64,000 nucleotides of DNA from Eledone cirrhosa (lineage: Eukaryota): NCBI GenBank assembly GCA_964016885.1, contig OZ024761.1:1798001-1862000 (forward strand), written 5' to 3'. The stretch's first letter is position 1. Every line of letters begins with the position of its first letter. Under the pieces are notes generated by a model. That model saw only the letters and a program-made list of their open reading frames with translations, made no database searches and was not told where the DNA came from. The position numbers were made by a program, and so were the translations under genes. Below are positions 57,651 through 64,000 of the stretch, one piece after another.

Positions 57651-58580
57651 CCCAGTTGTGAAAACACCAGTTGGAATCAAGAGGACTGAGAATGAATCTA
57701 ACAAAGACTAAAGTATTGATAAGTAGGAAAGAGGACAAGACTAATTCCATCAGGGAAATAGCTATGTCCAATATGTAGAAAAGGAGTTGGCAGAAACTCT
57801 ATATATATATACACAATGCAGATCTTGGGTACATAAGAGATGCAGTGGGATAGCAGGCAAACTAACAGGAAAGGAAAACTTCATATGTAGTAGATGTTCA
57901 GGGAAAATTGATAGTAGAAGTGTCAGTGATAGACATATTTTCCAAATGCGGGTAGGATCTATAGAGGTGGTTGATAGCTGCCGTTATCTAAGTGATCAAA
58001 TTAGCAAGGGAGGAGGATGCTTTGAGGCCATAATGTCTAGAATAAAGACAAGGATGGAAGAAATTTAGGGAGCTGCTTCCTCTGTTGGCAAAGAAGGGTT
58101 TCTCCCTGCGTACAAAAGGACAGTTATATGATGCCTGTGCGAGATTTGCGATGCTGCATGGTAGTGAGACAAGGGCAGCAACTGCAGTGGATATACGAAA
58201 GCTGGAGAGAAATGAAGCAAGCATGCTCCGTTGGATGTGCAATGTCAATGTGCATGACCAAGCATAGACGAATTGAGAGAGAAACTGGGTATAAGATTGA
58301 TAAGTTGTGGTGTGCAGAAGAGAAGGCTGAGATGGTATGGACATGTGATGGACATGGATAATGACCGCTGGGTGAAGAAGTGTCAAAAAATCCCAGTGGA
58401 AGGAAGACACAGTAGAGGAAAACCATGAAAAACATGGTCGGAGGTAGTGAGAGCTGATCTCAGATCACTGAAACTCACAGAAGAGATGACGAAGGACCAT
58501 GACAAATGGAGAGATGCTGTGCTAAATAGGACCTGTCCTACCCTTGCAAGCAGGAGAAAAGCGGATGATGATGATGATAT
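57651..58580 (+). mobile_element. RTE LINE family A 3' fragment, degenerate
   Basis: Homologous to 23850-24770. Confidence 0.88.
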
Positions 58581-58644
58581 TATTATTATTGAGTAAAATG
58601 ATAGGACGGACTGGTGAAATTCCTTCAAAGTTTTATTTCTGCAA

Positions 58645-58702
58645 ACACTATATACATTTCAGTGGCCAGGTTACCTAGAATCCTGGCGACACCATCAGGT
58701 GT
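58645..58702 (-). ncRNA. Type I hammerhead motif (long stem II family) with core variant CUGAUGG
   Basis: ACAC-CUGAUGG-U..CCAGG..CCUGG..U-GAAA-UGUAUA-UA-GUGU; flanks match the 27083 and 42191 copies. Confidence 0.62.
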
Positions 58703-60124
58703 ATATTTTTTTTTATCGTTATTGTTTATTTGTTACACCTTAATTTGTATATTTTATTTCTTATTTATTTTTTATTCTCATTATCTTCGCCGAGGTTGAC
58801 TTTGCCTTTCATCCTTACGGGGTCGATAAAATAAAGTACCAGTAATGCACTGGGTAATTGCTGGCCTTGTGCCAAAAGTAGAAACAATTATCTTTACATG
58901 CTTACAATTTAAATTTTTATATACTTATTCTTAATTTTTACTTAACCTTGATTTAGATTTATTTCATAGAAATAAGGATAGAAAGTAGGACCCCACTGTA
59001 GTGGGGTCCTACTTTCTATACTGCTTTTTAGAAACTGTACGCCTTCACCTTCAGGCTGTAACCCACATGTAATGCTACATGTCCCAGCAATGCTCCATAA
59101 TGTGTTTCTTCTTATTAACTACATTTCACAACCTCTTTCACATATTTACCATCCATGAATAATTCGTCTATATCGTCATCGTCGATTAACATCTATCTTC
59201 CACGCTAGCATGGATTAGACAGGTTTGTCCCAATTAGAGGCAAGTTGGGTCGGGTAACCGTGTCTTGCTCATATAAGAGAATTTCTGGTTGGTTTTCTAT
59301 GGATGGATGCCCTTCCTAACTCCAGCTACATTTACAGTGTGGTCTGGGTACTTTTTGTCGTGGCATCTACACGATTATATGTATATATATTTATTTATTT
59401 AAACTGAGTATGTAACAAGTGATGATGGTACGTACTGCAGCTGTTAGTTCATCAGGATGATGATGATGGCACGTATTGTAGCTGTCAGTTGATTGATCCA
59501 TAGAAACAACAACTACAACAACTGCAGCTTTTACATTTATAAATGATAAAGAATTTGCTGATAAAGAATTTGCTGCTGCTGTTGTTTTTGTCAAGACATG
59601 TGGGAACACTTACAGCTGGTCTTAACACACATACACACACACACACACATTCTTTCTCTCCTTCCTCTCCATCTACTTCCCTTCATTTCAGTCCACTCCA
59701 TATATCTACCTTCCTACCTTTTATCTAACTACCTACCTACCTTTTTATCTATCTACCTACCCACCTACCTACCTTTTTATTTAACTACCTACCTACCTTT
59801 TTATCTAACTATCTACCTACCTTTTTATCTATCTACCTACCCACCTACATACCTTTTTATCTATCTACCTACCCACCTACCTACCTTTTTATTTAACTAC
59901 CTACCTACCTTTTTATCTATCTACCTACCCACCTACATACCTTTTTATCTAACTACCTACCTACCTTTTTATCTATCTACCTACCCATCTATTTCTCTCT
60001 CTCTCAATAACCAAATTCTCCTTTTATGTTAACCACTTTGAGAGATATAGATATAGAGGAGGGAAGTAAATAGAGAGAGAGAGAGAGAGAATGCGCCAAA
60101 GATCTCAATCCAGTGTCATTGTCT

Positions 60125-60155
<31 letters not shown>

Positions 60156-61029
60156 ACAAAGAAGGTGTGGTAAGATACCAGGTGGACCATAAGGCACCAG
60201 AGTACTCGATACTTAGAGTAGTAGAGTGGGTAATAGGGAAAAGAGTCAGGATCCCGATGGCTGAGCTCTGGCTGTTTCAACAGCTAGATCCGAACTAAGC
60301 CACCAGTATTAGAACGGCGGGAATCTAGCTGAACTTATCAAGGAGTACAGTCCATACATGGGCATGCAGTCAAAACAAAACAAGCAAAAATTCCTAAAAA
60401 CTTGTTTTTCTTGTCTGTCACTGGGAATAGTCAATGGTCTGGGATGTCATGTACATAGTTAAATTCCTTCATAGCAGGGGTGAACCGGCCTGAAGAACAA
60501 AGAGGAGGGAGTGAGAGGACAGTCTGACCTGTGGGTGCCAAGCCAGTTAGGTGGTAAGAGAGAAATCCATACAACTATCTTTTGTTTTATAGAGATGGTA
60601 ACCTACAATTCAAAGAGGTAAGAATATAATTTCAGCATGTAAGAATCAAGGAAGGTAGTTAGAGAGTTTAAGTTACGTATGCCTAATCTAACTCTTAGCT
60701 AATGAGCAAATCATTTAGATGTTAATACTAATTCAGTTCCTGATAAAGAAATGTAGTTATCAGTTACTCTAATGGACAGGAAGGGAACCTCAGTACACTA
60801 ATTTACTTGTTTTTTTCTATTGTATTCAGACACCCAAAACATCCACCCTTAGTCTGGTAAGGTGTCATAGCTATCTGTTCAGCCGGTTCCATAGGACTGT
60901 ATGCATATATAACAAGAGTGGAAATATTCCGTGTTTACCTAAGGAAGATTAGGAACTGTTTACAATAGTGTAAATATGCAAAGATCCACCTAAGTGTAAT
61001 TAGAATGTGTAACTAACAAAGAAAAAATT

Positions 61030-61500
61030 CTATTTCGACCCAAGTATGCTTGGGGTTTCCTCTAGTTTATAATTGGAAATGAGATACAGCTGAGGTCTAC
61101 CTACCTGGGTCGCGAGGGGGTTTGAAGGTAAGATATATCCTATATATTCTGTGTTTACATGAGGTAATGAGTTCATCCTTTTTGTTTGACAATTCGTCCT
61201 TTGCAAACAGCATCTAGATCGTTTCCTCCGAGCATAAATTGCGCGGACGGTGTCCTCCTGAGTAAGTTTTTGCCTTGGAAAGTATGCTCCATCTTAGATG
61301 GTAGGTAATATTGTTGTCTTGGGGGTCCCAAATATGGCCAGAAAGTGGGGTCTCGTGTCACCGGGCCGGGTTTCTAAATGAATGTTGGTGTTGGTAATAC
61401 TGGGTCGCAAACCATCCACCAGGCTTATAAACCCAACAAAGTCTTTTGCTGTCAATTTGGTTGGATTACAAAGGTATTGTGTATTTTGAGCTGCTTCTGA
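61030..61500 (-). mobile_element. Penelope-like GIY-YIG C-terminal fragment with a degenerate hammerhead-like motif at 61030-61065
   Basis: HQHSFRN..TPLSGHIW..LRWSILSKA..NLCSEE..NKKDELITSCKH. Confidence 0.75.
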
Positions 61501-61504
61501 GGAA

Positions 61505-61920
61505 CCAAACGATCAATTCAGATGTTTACTGTCAACAACTAATGAAACTGGAGCAAGCAATCAAAGAAAAACAGCCAGAATTGGCAAATAATAAAGGAAT
61601 CGTGTTCCACTAGGCAACGCTAGACCATACACGTCTTTGCTAACTCGTGAAAAATGATTGGAGGTTGGTTGAGAAGTGATGTCACATCCACCATATAGCT
61701 CTGACCTTGCACCATCAGATTACCATTTATTTAGAAGTTTGCAAAATTCTTTGAATGGTAACTTTCAATAATGATGATGACCTGAAATCGCACTTGCTTC
61801 AATTTTGGGCTGATAAGGACCAGAAGTTCTATGAGTGTGGAATCATGAATTTGCCAGAAAGATGGCAAAAGGTCATCAAACAAAATGGAAAATATATAAT
61901 TGATTAAAGTTCATTATTGG
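61505..61920 (+). mobile_element. Mariner transposase C-terminal fragment
   Basis: NARPYTS..HPPYSSDLAPSDYHLFRSLQN..LPERWQKVI..NGKY. Confidence 0.88.
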
Positions 61921-62441
61921 GGATTTCGATTGTTTAATTTATTATTATTATCATTGTTATAAATTATTTTTTATACGCATGTATGTAAACTCCCCACTTT
62001 GTATTTGTCCCCATCTTTTGCGCACTTGTGGCAAATAAAGAAATTTATCTATCTATCTATCCACCACAACCACCATCATCATGTGTGTGTATCTGTGTGT
62101 ATGTGTATAATATATATATAATTGTTTCTACATTAGGCACAAGGCCAGCAAATTACCCAGTGCATTACTGGTACTTTATTTTATCGACCCCGTAAGGATG
62201 AAAGGCAAAGTCAACCTCGGCGGGATTTGAACTCAGATCGTAAAGGGACGTAACTATGCTGGAAAGCATGGCGTTCGACCCTCTACCGATACTGCCAATC
62301 CATATATATATATAATGAGATGATATATGTATTGGAGGAGGAGACAGAGAAGGATAGAAAGGTGTAATACAGTATACTAAATGCCGATAGCCGTTTTAAA
62401 CAGCGACTCCTCCATTTATTCATTTTGCTTATATATATATA

Positions 62442-64000
62442 GACCCAACAGTGGGAGCAGCTATTGTGATTGATGACTATAGGGTAAAAGAGGCAATTAA
62501 GGAAATGAAAAGTGGTAAGGCCGCTGGACCATCAGGGACAGTTGCTGAGATGCTGAAGGCATCAGGTGACGTAGGAACAAAACTAGTTGCACACATAGTC
62601 AATCAGGCTATATATGACAAATTCATACCCCAAACTGGTGCAGCAGTATTCTTATAAATTGCTACAAAGGTAAAGGGAATGCTCTGGAGAGGAGCAATTA
62701 TAGGGGCATAAAACTGATGGATCAGGTTATGAAAGTGGCAGAAAGAATATTAGTGCAACTAATTAGAGAAAGGGTCAAATTAGATGAGATGTAGTTTGGT
62801 TTTATGCCTGGAAAAAGTACAACAGATGCCCTCTTCTTAGTGAGACAACTACAAGAGAGTTTCTTAGAGAAGAATAAGCCACTATACTTAGTTTTTGTTG
62901 ACCTAGAGAAGGCCATTGATAGGGTACCCGATATGTCATCTAGTGGTCCCTAAGGAAACTAGGTGTAGAGGAATGGTTTGTGAGGACAGAGCAAGCTATG
63001 TACAGGGGTGCTGTCTGTAAAGTGTGAGTAGAGATGGAGTTCCAGATACAAGTAGGAGTGCATCAGGGTTCGGTCGTCAGCCTGCTCTTGTTCATTATAG
63101 TCCTCCAAGCCATAACATGGATGCCCATGCTGTCGATCTGGTACTTATAGCAAAAATCAGTAGAGGAGCTAGAGAATAAATTCTGGCTAAGGAAACAGCA
63201 GTTGGAATCAAGAGGACAGAGTGAACCCAGCTAAGACAAAAGTATTGATGAGTAGAAAAGAGGTCAAAACTCTGATTCCATCAGGGAAATGGCCATGTTC
63301 GATATATAGAAAAGGAGCTGACATAAATTCTATAAAATGTACACAATGCAGATCTTGGGTACACAAGAGATGTAGTAAGATAGCAGGAAAACAGGTAGGG
63401 AAAACTACATATGCAGTAGTTGTTCAGGGAAAATTGATAGTTACAGTGTCAGTGATAGGCACATTTTCCAAATGTAGGTAGAATCTATAGAGGTGGTTGA
63501 TAGCTTCCGGTACCTAGGTGATCAGATTAGCAAGGGAGGAGGATGCTCCGAAGCCATAGCATTTAGAATAAAGACAGGATGGAAGCAATTTAGGGAGCTG
63601 CTTCCTCTGTTGACAACAAAAATTTCTTTCTATGAACGAAAGGCCGGTTATATGATGCCTGTGTGAGATGTGTGATGCTGCACGGTAGTCAGACATGAAG
63701 CAAGCATGCTCCGATGGATGTGCAATGTCAATGTGCGTGAATGACCAAGCATAGATGAGTTGAGAGAGAAACTGTGTATAAGAGGGATAAACTGTAGTGT
63801 GCGGGAGAGAAGACTGCGCTGGTATGGACATGTGATGTGCATGGAAGATAACCACTGGGTGAAGAAGTGCCAAGAAATCCCATTGGAAGGAAGATGCAGT
63901 AGAGGAAGACCATGACAAACATGGGTGGAAGTGGTAAGAGCTGATCTCAGATCGCTGAAGCTCACAGAGGAGATGATGAGGGACCATGACAAATGGAGAG
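62442..64000 (+). mobile_element. Degenerate RTE LINE family A, runs off the window end
   Basis: Homologous to 1100-2700 with many stops and frameshifts. Confidence 0.9.

Noticed and set aside
59391-59728. Short ORFs on both strands as a separate gene or legumain exon 1
   Set aside because: Low complexity with small tandem duplications; no supporting homology, wrong strand or phase, weak splice sites.

Overview
AT-rich, repeat-dense animal genomic DNA. The repeat content (tRNA-derived CORE- and Meta-like SINEs, RTE LINEs, very long (AT)n tracts) fits a mollusc such as an octopus, but that is an inference. The only host gene I can support is a minus-strand legumain (asparaginyl endopeptidase, peptidase C13): 13 coding exons read by eye between 46830 and 17824, all with GT-AG junctions and matching phases, catalytic His (DHG) and Cys (EACES) intact. 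The signal-peptide exon was not found. The rest is mobile DNA: RTE LINEs (one family has a C4HC3 PHD-like finger inside the RT region), Penelope-like (GIY-YIG) fragments, Dong/R4 copies in (TAA)n, CR1, L1/Tx1, gypsy remnants, a DD37D maT transposon, a mariner fragment, a hAT MITE, a Helitron-like element and SINEs. The most notable unannotated signal is a set of type I hammerhead ribozyme motifs from at least four unrelated short repeat families. Some show stem covariation between copies and most share a non-canonical U·U at the base of stem II. Two families sit in 310-430 nt non-coding units that are terminally redundant or circularly permuted, resembling retrozymes or Penelope-derived circular-RNA elements. 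Transposon boundaries are approximate and no database searches were run.
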